Positions 11,380 through 21,425 of a DNA stretch of 64,000 bases are shown one piece after another. The position numbers and the translations under genes are program-made. Within the stretch, counting starts at the first letter, position 1. The number at the start of each line of letters is the position of its first letter. Source of the stretch: a virus; IMG/VR virus record IMGVR_UViG_3300021962_007571, positions 1-64,000 of that record; one strand, 5' to 3'. Below the pieces are notes generated by a model that was not told where the DNA came from, searched no databases, and worked only from the letters and a program-made list of their open reading frames with translations.

Positions 11380-11541
11380 TTAGTTTTCATCAGGATTTTT
11401 TTCCTTAACTAGTTGGTCAATGATATATCTTCTTAGGTAGATTGGCATATTCATAAAATCTGTATAAGAAACATTTAAGTGTCTTGTACAGATAAAATAT
11501 TCCCAAGATTGTACTTCTCGGTAATTAGAAGAAAGGCCGAA
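11380..11541 (-). CDS. Frameshift extension of the tail assembly chaperone (gpT-like)
   Basis: 53-codon open frame (FGLSSNYREVQSWEYFICTRHLNVSYTDFMNMPIYLRRYIIDQLVKEKNPDEN*) overlaps the chaperone 3' end at GAG TTT TTT CGG and has no start codon for its first half. Confidence 0.6.
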   Translation of the reverse strand, partial: FGLSSNYREVQSWEYFICTRHLNVSYTDFMNMPIYLRRYIIDQLVKEKNPDEN

Positions 11542-12280
11542 AAAACTCCACCCCAAAGCTTACACCAATGGTGAGCTCTTTTCCTGACGGGGCGAATATT
11601 TTTTTTGTTAAGTCTAACGAAGGTTCATTTTCTTCAATAAATCTTCTTATATATTTTGCATCTGCGATTGGTAACGATTCTACTACTTGTACAATATGTC
11701 CCGAATCTCTATTCCCATCAACCTCAACAACCATTTTATTTAACTTCCAAGTTTGTTTTGGCGCAACTCTACCTGCAGGATATGATTCAGCCATTTTGTC
11801 TAATTCATTTAATTCACCGTAAGATAAAGGTTTTAGTTTAACACTTAAGTTAGATTTTGGTAATATTGTTGTAAATGTACCGTCTTCATTTGGTTGAACA
11901 TCCGTTTTTCTAATAAACAATTCTTCTAAACTAATTGTGGATTCAAACGGTTTACCAGTTTCAGGGTCATTTATAGTTAATGTGTATTCAGTGCCAAATG
12001 CGGTATTTCTTAAAAAAATTAATATCGCTTGAATGTCACCTTGTAGTAATTCATCAGGTCTAATATCAGGTTCGTAAATTTTACTTCTCAATAAAGACAT
12101 AATAATACCATCTTTAGGCATATCAGAACCTGCCAATAGTAAATTTTCGTCAGCGGCGGTTAAATAACCAACCTTAATTGATTTTTTCTTTGATTTGTAA
12201 AATAATCCACCTGAAGGTAATTTTACCACATCGTGTGGTAAACTAAAATTTTGTTGAGCGTATTGTTGTGTTGTATCCAT
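11525..12280 (-). CDS. Tail/baseplate assembly chaperone (T4 gp26-like)
   Basis: VKLPSGGLFY...LTAADENLL...GDIQAILIFLRNTAFG...EFF pattern; located between tube and tape measure. Confidence 0.7.
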   Translation of the reverse strand: MDTTQQYAQQNFSLPHDVVKLPSGGLFYKSKKKSIKVGYLTAADENLLLAGSDMPKDGIIMSLLRSKIYEPDIRPDELLQGDIQAILIFLRNTAFGTEYTLTINDPETGKPFESTISLEELFIRKTDVQPNEDGTFTTILPKSNLSVKLKPLSYGELNELDKMAESYPAGRVAPKQTWKLNKMVVEVDGNRDSGHIVQVVESLPIADAKYIRRFIEENEPSLDLTKKIFAPSGKELTIGVSFGVEFFRPFF

Positions 12281-12283
12281 AAT

Positions 12284-12324
12284 AAAAAAATAACCGTAGA
12301 GAGTTTATAGAGTCCCTACGGTTA
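12284..12324 (-). terminator. Intrinsic terminator after the tail tube gene
   Basis: Minus strand AACCGTAGGGA-loop-TCTCTACGGTT followed by ATTTTTTT. Confidence 0.7.
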
Positions 12325-12357
12325 AATATAATTAAAGTGTTTTTTTTATCAATAGTA

Positions 12358-12846
12358 TTAGTATACCAAGATACATCTGTCCATACGAAGTTGTGCGGTA
12401 ATTTGAGCGATACCATCATTAGAATAAGCTAACTCTCCAAAACTCACGTCAGTTAAGAAAGTACCTTCTAAAATCCATTTCTCAACAACTACTCCTGTTG
12501 GGTCTAACATTTCAAGGTCAACATTTTTCTTGTAACCTGCAGCATAACCCATACGACCTGTAACTGATTCTGCGTGTAGACGAACCCATTCCATAAGAGC
12601 CTGAGCAGCTGAAGGTCCAATAGGGTCTCTAAATTTAACACTAATTGGGTCCCAAGTAAATCTACCTGCAACATATGTTGACGTATTTAAGAATTGAATT
12701 TCAGTAGAATTAATTTTAATGTGTGGTCTAGAAGTTGATTCTACGAACCATTCGTTAATACCTAATGTAGATGGAAACCTAAGAATGAATCGGTTCATTC
12801 TTTTTGGTTCATACGGTATCGGCATTTTCATCAATAAATCAGCCAT
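12358..12846 (-). CDS. Tail tube protein (T4 gp19-like)
   Basis: EPKRMNRF...YVAGRFTWDPISVKFRD...WVRL...YKKNVDLEMLDPTGVVVEKWILEGTF pattern; downstream of the sheath. Confidence 0.9.
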   Translation of the reverse strand: MADLLMKMPIPYEPKRMNRFILRFPSTLGINEWFVESTSRPHIKINSTEIQFLNTSTYVAGRFTWDPISVKFRDPIGPSAAQALMEWVRLHAESVTGRMGYAAGYKKNVDLEMLDPTGVVVEKWILEGTFLTDVSFGELAYSNDGIAQITAQLRMDRCILVY

Positions 12847-12996
12847 AATATTTTCTTTTTAAATTTTTTTTTATTTTATATTATATAAATACTCCAAACT
12901 TCAAAATTCTTGTATTTACTTTTTGTTTTTTATTTTTTACTCTTATACTAGAATTACTTATAACTAGTTAATTATTATAAATTATTTAATTTCTTA

Positions 12997-13812
12997 TTAA
13001 TATTTAATTTTTTTGCCTCCAGATGTAGAATATGTTTGAATAATGTTATCTGGGTCACCCTCAAAATGTTTCTTAATCGCTTCTACATTTCTAACATCAT
13101 CATCTGAAAAACCTATTGTTGGTAAAAAGAAATTCTTCACGTTATTTTTAAGGTACGCCTTTTTGTTTAACTCGTGAGAAAGTCCTTTAATATAGTTCAT
13201 AAACTCTTTTAACGCTTTTACTTTCTCCTCTTCAGGATTTGCTTCCGCACCTGTTCCAAACGATACAGGATAAAATCTACATAAATCAAGATATGTCTTA
13301 ATTAAGTCCATATCATTTAAATCCTCTTCATCTGCAAAATTTCTGAATTTTTTTAAATTTTTAACAAGTTCTTTTTTGTCTATTCCGTTGAAACCTGAAA
13401 TAATATAGTTATAAACTCCTTCTTTTAAAGTGTTTGGGTTGTGACCCCTCGCAGTTATTATCGAAAAAATCGAACCGTTATTAATTGCCTCCACAAAATC
13501 ATCCCAAGCGGGACCTGTTTTAGCTAACATAGCATCAACTAAAAATGATTTATCACCTTCAGTTCTAAAATTTCTAAATGGATTTTCCGCAAAACCCACA
13601 ATAGTTTTACCATCATACTCAAACTCTTCTTTACCAATTTGAGTTCTATATTGTGCAAAATCCTCAGTGGTCATCCCAACTTCATCACCGTTACTATCCT
13701 TTAACATAATTCTAGTCGGCATTGTTACGATGTTATCGTCCCAATCAAAAGCATAGTACTTTAAATCTGGTGTTCCTTCTTGAGTAAATCCTTCGTTTAT
13801 TATTCTTTTCAT
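12997..13812 (-). CDS. HAD-superfamily phosphatase-like protein
   Basis: Motif I FDWDDN, motif II ITARG, Lys in EEKVK, motif IV GFSDDD; N-terminal MKRIINE leader. Confidence 0.65.
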   Translation of the reverse strand: MKRIINEGFTQEGTPDLKYYAFDWDDNIVTMPTRIMLKDSNGDEVGMTTEDFAQYRTQIGKEEFEYDGKTIVGFAENPFRNFRTEGDKSFLVDAMLAKTGPAWDDFVEAINNGSIFSIITARGHNPNTLKEGVYNYIISGFNGIDKKELVKNLKKFRNFADEEDLNDMDLIKTYLDLCRFYPVSFGTGAEANPEEEKVKALKEFMNYIKGLSHELNKKAYLKNNVKNFFLPTIGFSDDDVRNVEAIKKHFEGDPDNIIQTYSTSGGKKIKY

Positions 13813-13829
13813 ATTTTAATTTAAAGGCT

Positions 13830-13855
13830 AAAGGTGGGGATTACTCCCCACCATT
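13830..13855 (-). terminator. Hairpin/terminator after the sheath gene
   Basis: GGTGGGGA-GTAA-TCCCCACC followed by a short T tract on the minus strand. Confidence 0.6.
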
Positions 13856-13863
13856 TATAAGTA

Positions 13864-16800
13864 TTAGATATTGTCAAATGACGCACCTGTTGGTGTAATC
13901 AAGAACTCAATATCGATGAATTCTAATGCTTTAGTTGGTTTGATATAAATCTTACCTACTAATTGGTTTTTATCTAAATCTTCAGTTGAAGACGAAACTG
14001 TTACACGGAAATCGTATAAACCTCTGTCTCTTCTGATTGCATCTAAGATAGGGTTAACTGAATCTAAGAAGTCTTGTCTTACTTTCTCGTCATTTTGTTC
14101 AAATAACAATCTTACTGCTACTGCTGAAATTAATTTACGAGCTTGTAACAATAATCTTCTTACGTTGATTCTGTCAAGTGCAGATTCTCTAACTTGTAAA
14201 GTTTTGTTACCCCAAATTACAGTTCCCACATCTGAGAAGGTTGCAATTGGGTTAATTCTACCAACATAAAGAGTATCTCTATCTTCTTGAGTCAGTTTAC
14301 GTCTCGCTTTGATTGCGTTTACTAAACCTCTTGTGTAACCCGCTGATGCGAACCAAGGGAATGCGATATTATCTGTTAACGCTAAGTTTCTTGTCACTTC
14401 AGCAGTTGCTGGAATGTAAATCTGAGTGTTATTAACAGTATCACGAGTTAATACCCAAGGGTAGTAAGTTGCGGTGTAGTTAGAGTCAATACCTGTTTGT
14501 TCCAAGTTATCAACCGCTTCAGTTGGGTAGATGAAATCTTCTTGGTTTGTAGTTGTAGGTACAAACATATTAAAGTCAGGTGTTGTACAAACGTATAACG
14601 AGTCTGCTCTATCATTTTCAACCATATCAACCGCCGCTTCAATTAAGTTACTATTGTTAACATAATCAATACCTGGTGTTACAAACACGTTGATGTTTAC
14701 CGCCTCAGGGTTAGAGAATGTTTTTTGACCTAATAGATATGCGTAGTAGTCAGTGTTTGCCCAATCATTTGAATCATCACCTACAGTTATTCTTGAGAAT
14801 AAACCATTACCTGTTGCATTTGTGTATCTATCGTCAGCACAAGCTCCTGCCAAGTAACCTGATTGACCTAACACGAATCTGTCTCCGTTTGTTCTATATT
14901 CTCTATAGATATCCCAACCATCGAAACCTCCAGCCACAAATAATGTGTATTTTCTAGAGTATAGTCTATAGTATGGACTATCTGTATTTGTAGGTTCGCT
15001 ACTGAATGGTGCCGAACCAACCGCAAATGCAGTTTGACCTGAAGTCGTATATCCATCAGGAATTGTTACTACAGTTGCTCCTGAATCCATATGGAAACCT
15101 TTAGTTATATATGGCCAACTTTGTAAAGCTGGTGAACACATAGTACCTAAATTTTGTTTACCAACATATTGGAAGAAATCTAAGTCATATCCAATTGATG
15201 TAGATAAACCTAAATAAGTACGTCTAACGTTATCTCCTGAAGAAACTGCAGGGTCATCATTACCTGTTGAATATCCAAATGGCGGGTTATAAACCACCTC
15301 GCCAGGGAAATCATATTTAGTTTTGTAGATTGGGAATGGAGAAGTAACACCATCGTATAATCTAAAGTTATATCCTTCATAACCACAAGGTAGTGAATCT
15401 ACAGGTGCATCTTCATTAATCTCAACCATTATAAATTTAGAGTTTAACGCAAATTCACCATCTTGGGAACCAATCTTTTTAGCTACGAAATTGTTTTGAC
15501 CTGGGTCCATAGAACAGTTTGTAAACTTTTCAAGTACTACAGGTGCATCATCAGTATCGTAAAAATCACGAACAATAACATCGAATGTTGAATTGTTAAA
15601 TGAAATATTTGCTATTGATATTTTTAATTGGTCGTTAGCACTGTTACCGTCAGCAATTGATATAAATTTAAATAATTTATAAACTTGACTACCTCTTAAT
15701 TCAGAAACTAACCAAGGAGATTCAGGTGTTTGGTATTTTTCAACATAAAATGCGATGTTATCCAATTCCTCACTTCTTGCAGAATTTAATGCTACTAAAG
15801 ATTGTCTTAAACCTCTAATGTAACCTTTTTTATAAGCCCAATTTAATAAACTTGAGAATCTTTCTTCTAAAAATAATGGAACCTCTGTTCTTGGTTTAGA
15901 GAAGTTACCTAATCCAAATACTTTAGATACATAAGTTGAGTCTGAACTTTGTAATGAAGTTTTGAACACATATGTTTTTCCATCATCATTAGTTACATTA
16001 ACCGCAAATGGTGCAAAAGGATTTTTAGTAACCGCACTATAACTACCACTGAAATCTAAAGTAACCGCACTTAATTGACTAACTTCATAATCAGGTCCTT
16101 TTTGAGTTGAATTATAATTAGATAAACCTCTAGAACGTAAAGTTGCAACTACTAAATTGTTGTAGTTACTATAAGAAGTACCTGTGTAGTAATATAACTT
16201 ACCGTGTACAGTTCCTGAGAAACAATCTGGGATTGTTGTAGTTGTTGTACTTACAGGAATTGTTGTAGTAGTTGTGTTACAAGGATTTTGAGTTGTACTT
16301 GTTGTTGTTATTGGTGCTGAAGTTGTTGTAGTAGTTGTTGTTTTTGGTAACAATGTTAAATCTGTTACAACAGTCCAAAAAGAATAACCTGAATAACTGT
16401 TTCCTGAATAGTTATTAAATAACGCGTAATACCAAGGGTCATTGTATGAAGATGTATAATCTGTCTGTGCAGAATCTACACTTGGTACACCAAATACGTT
16501 GTTAGTGTTTGCCGAGAAAACAGGGTTTAAGATATCATAATCATAACTTGGAATTGTACCCCAATAATTGATTGAAGACGCACTTAAACTTGGTTGTGCA
16601 AATATACCTAATAATTGGTCTTTAATGTCTTGAGACAATGAAGATGTTCCTCCATCAAATTGAGTATATTCATTTGTTAATATATTTTGTATTTCTTCAG
16701 GGAAATTAGTTAAGAAAGTTATTGAACCATCTTGGTTTGAACAACCAGTAAATGTAACATCGAAACTAACAGTCTGTGCAGTACAATTAATATCACAAGT

Positions 16801-17208
16801 GTTTGCGGTATAGTTTGGAGTTCCGCTACAAATTTCATCAAAATGAACCGTAGTTGGGTCAACGTTGGCAATTGTTTGAATTGACCAAGATGGACCCGCA
16901 TCATATCCTGATAAACCTAATACTCTTGTTACAAACAATTGATTTGATTGTTGAAGGTATGATTTTGCAATATACGATGCCTCGTATTTTGGAATTTGTG
17001 TGTTTATAAATTTCTCAGGGTTAGTTCCCCCAAAATAAGCTTGGAACTCGTCATAGTTCGTAATAAAGATAGGTTCAAATGCAGGACCTCTTAAAGTCTC
17101 ACCTACAATACCTAAAGTTGTTACCCCAACACTCTGAGCTACAAAGCTTAAGTCTCTTTCAGAAGTGTACACACCTGGTGACACGAATACTTTACTGTTT
17201 GTTGCCAT
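13864..17208 (-). CDS. Contractile tail sheath protein (gp18-like)
   Basis: N-terminal VSPGVYTSERD; C-terminal PWFASAGYTRG, INPIATF, WGNKTLQ, LDRINVRRLL, IKPTKALEFI. Confidence 0.95.
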   Translation of the reverse strand: MATNSKVFVSPGVYTSERDLSFVAQSVGVTTLGIVGETLRGPAFEPIFITNYDEFQAYFGGTNPEKFINTQIPKYEASYIAKSYLQQSNQLFVTRVLGLSGYDAGPSWSIQTIANVDPTTVHFDEICSGTPNYTANTCDINCTAQTVSFDVTFTGCSNQDGSITFLTNFPEEIQNILTNEYTQFDGGTSSLSQDIKDQLLGIFAQPSLSASSINYWGTIPSYDYDILNPVFSANTNNVFGVPSVDSAQTDYTSSYNDPWYYALFNNYSGNSYSGYSFWTVVTDLTLLPKTTTTTTTSAPITTTSTTQNPCNTTTTTIPVSTTTTTIPDCFSGTVHGKLYYYTGTSYSNYNNLVVATLRSRGLSNYNSTQKGPDYEVSQLSAVTLDFSGSYSAVTKNPFAPFAVNVTNDDGKTYVFKTSLQSSDSTYVSKVFGLGNFSKPRTEVPLFLEERFSSLLNWAYKKGYIRGLRQSLVALNSARSEELDNIAFYVEKYQTPESPWLVSELRGSQVYKLFKFISIADGNSANDQLKISIANISFNNSTFDVIVRDFYDTDDAPVVLEKFTNCSMDPGQNNFVAKKIGSQDGEFALNSKFIMVEINEDAPVDSLPCGYEGYNFRLYDGVTSPFPIYKTKYDFPGEVVYNPPFGYSTGNDDPAVSSGDNVRRTYLGLSTSIGYDLDFFQYVGKQNLGTMCSPALQSWPYITKGFHMDSGATVVTIPDGYTTSGQTAFAVGSAPFSSEPTNTDSPYYRLYSRKYTLFVAGGFDGWDIYREYRTNGDRFVLGQSGYLAGACADDRYTNATGNGLFSRITVGDDSNDWANTDYYAYLLGQKTFSNPEAVNINVFVTPGIDYVNNSNLIEAAVDMVENDRADSLYVCTTPDFNMFVPTTTNQEDFIYPTEAVDNLEQTGIDSNYTATYYPWVLTRDTVNNTQIYIPATAEVTRNLALTDNIAFPWFASAGYTRGLVNAIKARRKLTQEDRDTLYVGRINPIATFSDVGTVIWGNKTLQVRESALDRINVRRLLLQARKLISAVAVRLLFEQNDEKVRQDFLDSVNPILDAIRRDRGLYDFRVTVSSSTEDLDKNQLVGKIYIKPTKALEFIDIEFLITPTGASFDNI
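16228..16347 (-). repeat. Thr-rich low-complexity insertion in the sheath
   Basis: Encodes PKTTTTTTTSAPITTTSTTQNPCNTTTTTIPVSTTTTTIP. Confidence 0.85.
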
Positions 17209-17334
17209 TATTTTTTAAATTTCTGTTCAGTTTTATTTATTCATAAATATTCGTTTTTAGATGAAAAAACTTTACTTTTGAAAACATATTTATATTCTGG
17301 CAGACTTTTTTCTGCCTTTTTTCTACTTATTAAT

Positions 17335-17499
17335 ATGAAAGAGCCAATCAAAAAGATTAAAAATCTTAAAATTTCGGTGGAATCACACGATATCCTAAAA
17401 AGGTACTGTGATAAGAGAGGTATTAAAATTTATAAGTTTATTGAGAACTTAATAATCGAAACTTGTAAAGAAAAGAAGGATATCTACGGAGAAAGTTAA
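17335..17499 (+). CDS. Small ribbon-helix-helix-like DNA-binding protein
   Basis: MKEPIKKIKNLKISVESHDILKRYCDKRGIKIYKFIENLI: strand followed by two helices, typical of RHH. ATG 17335 preferred over TTG 17278. Confidence 0.6.
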   Translation: MKEPIKKIKNLKISVESHDILKRYCDKRGIKIYKFIENLIIETCKEKKDIYGES

Positions 17500-18536
17500 A
17501 CTAAGGTAGCTTCAAACGTTATTGTTGATGTTTGATTTGTAAATTCTTTTTCAATTTCAAACTTAACAACATCATTTCCGTTTACTTGTATTTTAGTAGG
17601 ATTCCTACCATAGTATTCATTATCAATATAAACATCATAGTTTTTGACATTATTAGTTTTAATTAATGTTAAATCAACAGTATCGTAAAATCTTTGTACA
17701 ACTAATGAGTTCTCATCAACAAATTCTATAACCACAGGATAATTTTTTGGGTTCTCTAAAGCTGGTCTTTTTTTCTTTTTGTTACCACCTTCTTGAACTT
17801 CGTATATTTGGAATACCCTTTCAACACCAGGTTTAACTTCAAACTCATCTTCATCTATTAAAAATCCTAACATTGTAAAATCATAACTTTGGATATAATA
17901 TTTTCTTTTTTCAATATCCATTACAGATTCATCTGAAACATTATCCATAATAATTGGAATGTAATGACCTTTAATATTTGTGTAGGCTTGTCTTGAAGAA
18001 AATTTTTGTAATATAGTTTTATTTAACGAGTTCAATTCTCTCATTCTATTACAAATTATTTTTACAGAATACTTTATATCAACAGGAACAGGTTGAGGTA
18101 TTTTATATACGTCAACATTTATTCTATCTCCGTCAAAACTAGGAACTGACGCATAATAATATTGTCTTCTATTTGGTATTGTATAAAGTAGGGATGGATT
18201 AGAACCGTATTTTATTTCGGGGGCTCTAATAACACTAATGAATGGTGGGGATACGTTTTTATCTAAATCTTGGAAATTCCAAGTTTGAGTAAACTGAGCC
18301 CAATTTTGTGTTGTGATTATAATATCAATATTAGGAATAACTTTTCCTTCAGAAACTACTCTTAAATCGTTTTTAACAAAATCTAAAAATCCTCTATCTA
18401 AATCGGCGTGCAAAATAGACTTAGGTAAAAATGTACCGTTTTCATTTATCTTATCTAACAACTCAACTCTTCTTGGATATAAAGTTCTGTGAGGTGTTAA
18501 ACTAATATCTTTTTTTATTTTTTTAGGAAATCCCAT
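17496..18536 (-). CDS. Tail completion/terminator protein (gp15-like)
   Basis: Upstream of the sheath; KIPQPVPVDIKYSV and YDFTMLGFL pattern. Confidence 0.55.
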   Translation of the reverse strand: MGFPKKIKKDISLTPHRTLYPRRVELLDKINENGTFLPKSILHADLDRGFLDFVKNDLRVVSEGKVIPNIDIIITTQNWAQFTQTWNFQDLDKNVSPPFISVIRAPEIKYGSNPSLLYTIPNRRQYYYASVPSFDGDRINVDVYKIPQPVPVDIKYSVKIICNRMRELNSLNKTILQKFSSRQAYTNIKGHYIPIIMDNVSDESVMDIEKRKYYIQSYDFTMLGFLIDEDEFEVKPGVERVFQIYEVQEGGNKKKKRPALENPKNYPVVIEFVDENSLVVQRFYDTVDLTLIKTNNVKNYDVYIDNEYYGRNPTKIQVNGNDVVKFEIEKEFTNQTSTITFEATLV

Positions 18537-19081
18537 TACTTTCTTATTTCATTAATTACAAATAATTTATTTTTTTTGTTTATCATATCAACTTCTTTTG
18601 CAGTGTATACTGGCTTCTCATTTGATTTATAAACAAAACTATCGTATTTGTAAGGATTGTATGTGACTACATTATCGTTAGCCTCTTCAGGAATATTTTC
18701 ACAAGGGTATTGACAATAATCAACCAAAGTACCAATAACAAATGCGTGAACATTCTTACTTTTTTCACTTCTAACTTTATCTTTACCACCTTGTCTAACT
18801 CTAAACTCAACATCTGTTAATTTAACATAATCGGCGTGAAGAATAACTTTTGACTTATATGTGACTGAAAACGTATGTTTGTGTAAATTATAGTAAACCA
18901 TAACTCTTAATCCTTTAAAGTCCTCTTCAGAATTATTGTGACCACATTTATGACAAATATATGGGTCGTCCCCTCCTTCAGATAAATCCCAAGACCAACC
19001 ACACTCGTCACAAATTACTTCATTATTTGTGACAGTTTCCATTATTAAATTTTTTTGTCTTTCGCTAATTATTATTTTCAT
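18536..19081 (-). CDS. Hypothetical protein with Zn-ribbon and a conserved phage domain
   Basis: CDECG..CHKCG, then YYNLH...KNVHAFVIG; MKIIISERQKNLIME leader. Confidence 0.5.
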   Translation of the reverse strand: MKIIISERQKNLIMETVTNNEVICDECGWSWDLSEGGDDPYICHKCGHNNSEEDFKGLRVMVYYNLHKHTFSVTYKSKVILHADYVKLTDVEFRVRQGGKDKVRSEKSKNVHAFVIGTLVDYCQYPCENIPEEANDNVVTYNPYKYDSFVYKSNEKPVYTAKEVDMINKKNKLFVINEIRK

Positions 19082-19596
19082 TATAAACCTCTAAATTCAT
19101 TTTCACTTACAGGTGTTGCAATAATTGTCCTATAAAATGGTTTATAACCACCGTAAGTATGTTTATTATCAGACACAACCCTACCATCATTAGCCACAAC
19201 ATAGTATCTAACTCTTGTCTCGGTTTCGTAGTATCCAATATAATCACCATATTCAATATCAATATCCAATTCTTCTAAATGAGATTGATATACAGATATT
19301 CTAACATTACCAGGTTCAAACTGTTCAATTTTAGAATTACCTAAGTTTTTATTCTCAGGTGCCATAACTTGAACGAAGGCTTTAAACTCAACAGGAGTTC
19401 TAAACTTAATACCGTCAGATACTGTTTCCCCATAAACATCGTCTGTTTTAGTTTTATATCTATCAACTCTATATAAAACTAATGTAAAGTTCATATCACC
19501 TTCTAACCACTCTCTACCCATCTCAACATCCAATGCGTAGTCTTCAGCTCCAAAGAACTTTCCTAATCTTGTAATTGGCACTTTATTTTGACTCAT
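19081..19596 (-). CDS. Neck/head-closure protein (gp14-like)
   Basis: TDDVYGE and IEYGDYI motifs; position in the neck-tail module. Confidence 0.55.
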   Translation of the reverse strand: MSQNKVPITRLGKFFGAEDYALDVEMGREWLEGDMNFTLVLYRVDRYKTKTDDVYGETVSDGIKFRTPVEFKAFVQVMAPENKNLGNSKIEQFEPGNVRISVYQSHLEELDIDIEYGDYIGYYETETRVRYYVVANDGRVVSDNKHTYGGYKPFYRTIIATPVSENEFRGL

Positions 19597-19643
19597 ATTG
19601 ATAAATATCTAAAAATTTATTATCATTACATAAATAATGTACT

Positions 19644-21425
19644 TTGGAAAATAACAACCGAGAAATAAGTCAATTATTAGAACAAAAGGCACTCAATATT
19701 CTTGAGTCGTATTCTGGTGCAAACAATTATCTACTTAGATTAAAAAGACAACAAGAATTAAATAAAAAATTCTACCCAACAAGGGCTCAGTCAGAATACA
19801 TTGTTAATTTTCATAATGTTGTTCCAAAGATTGCAAAAAAATGGGTTGACTTAGACCCATACTTTGCTAAAAAAATTGCCGACGAAAAACTATACACTAA
19901 AATACCTGAACAAGTTTGGATTGAAAAGTTATTAGTTGAGAAAGATAAGTCCTACCATATTTGGGGTAAAATATTTGAGAATGAGGATTTACACGAATTT
20001 TGGTTACCAAAGGGTGCCGTAATTAAAACCCACAAGGTTGAGAAAGTTGAAATAGACTACTCCAAGTACGGTCACAGACCTCCACTACAACATCAAAAAG
20101 AAGCAATAGAAAAATTAGTAGGGTGTAAAAAGTTTATTTTGGCGGATGATATGGGGTTAGGTAAAACTACCTCAACAATTATTGCCGCATTAGAAACAGG
20201 TGCTAAGAAAATTTTAATTGTTTGTCCAGCATCTTTAAAAATAAATTGGATGAGGGAAATTCAAAATTATACAGATAGAAGTGTTTTTATATGTGATGGT
20301 AAAAACTATTCAACTGAACACGATTTTGTTATTGTAAATTATGATATCCTTAAAAATTTTCACAATAACGATAAAAAAGAAAGACACACTTCATTAATAT
20401 TACAATCAAACTTTGAATTAGTAATTTTAGATGAAGCTCACGCAGTTAGTAACTCTCAAGCACAAAGAACAAAATTAGTTAATGATTTTGCTAAAACAAT
20501 TGACAAAATTTGGTTGTTATCAGGAACACCTATGACTTCAAGACCAATGAATTATTATAATTTATTAAATCTAATTGATAGTCCTGTTGCCCAAAATTGG
20601 ATGGCTTACGCAATTAGATATTGTGAAGGGTATCAATTTAAAGTTGGTAATAGAAAAATTTGGAAAACAACAGGTGCGTCTAACCTTGAAGAACTTAGGG
20701 ATAGGACTTCAATGCAATTTTTAAGAAGATTAAAAGAAGATGTTTTAGATTTACCTGATAAAATTATTACACCTGTATATCTAAGATTACGTTCAAGACT
20801 GTATGAAGAATTGATGGGTGAGTATTATGATTGGTACGATAAAAAAGAAGAAGAGTCATCATCATTAACTTTACAGTTTTCAAAGTTAATGAAAGTACGT
20901 CAAATTATTGCTGAAGAAAAACTACAATCAACATTTGAATTAGCCGAAAACATTTTAGAACAAGGTAAGAAAGTTATTATTTTTACAAACTTTACAGACA
21001 CTTTAAAAAAGATTGTTGAGAAATTTGGTAAAGAGTGCGTGTATCTTGATGGTAGTTGTTCTCCCGCTCAGAGACAATATGCGGTAGACCAATTTCAAGA
21101 AAATGATAAAATAAGAATATTTGTTGGAAACCTAAAAGCTGCGGGAGTCGGATTAACCTTAACCGCGGCTGAGGCGGTTATTATGAATGACTTATCATTT
21201 GTACCTGCAGAACACAGTCAGGCTGAGGATAGAGCTTATAGATATGGTCAAAAATCAAATGTTTCAGTGTTTTATCCAATATTTGAAAACACTATTGAAG
21301 GAGCAATCTATGATATTCTCTCAAAGAAAAAACAGATTATCAGTGTTGTTATGGGGGATAATGTGAACTCAGACCCTGCGGATGTTGTAGAGGAAATTCT
21401 TAAGATGATACAAAACAGTAGATAA
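19644..21425 (+). CDS. SNF2-family helicase/annealing ATPase
   Basis: LADDMGLGKT, DEAH, LSGTP, LRRLKEDV, GVGLTLT, QAEDRAYRYGQ. Confidence 0.95.
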   Translation: MENNNREISQLLEQKALNILESYSGANNYLLRLKRQQELNKKFYPTRAQSEYIVNFHNVVPKIAKKWVDLDPYFAKKIADEKLYTKIPEQVWIEKLLVEKDKSYHIWGKIFENEDLHEFWLPKGAVIKTHKVEKVEIDYSKYGHRPPLQHQKEAIEKLVGCKKFILADDMGLGKTTSTIIAALETGAKKILIVCPASLKINWMREIQNYTDRSVFICDGKNYSTEHDFVIVNYDILKNFHNNDKKERHTSLILQSNFELVILDEAHAVSNSQAQRTKLVNDFAKTIDKIWLLSGTPMTSRPMNYYNLLNLIDSPVAQNWMAYAIRYCEGYQFKVGNRKIWKTTGASNLEELRDRTSMQFLRRLKEDVLDLPDKIITPVYLRLRSRLYEELMGEYYDWYDKKEEESSSLTLQFSKLMKVRQIIAEEKLQSTFELAENILEQGKKVIIFTNFTDTLKKIVEKFGKECVYLDGSCSPAQRQYAVDQFQENDKIRIFVGNLKAAGVGLTLTAAEAVIMNDLSFVPAEHSQAEDRAYRYGQKSNVSVFYPIFENTIEGAIYDILSKKKQIISVVMGDNVNSDPADVVEEILKMIQNSR

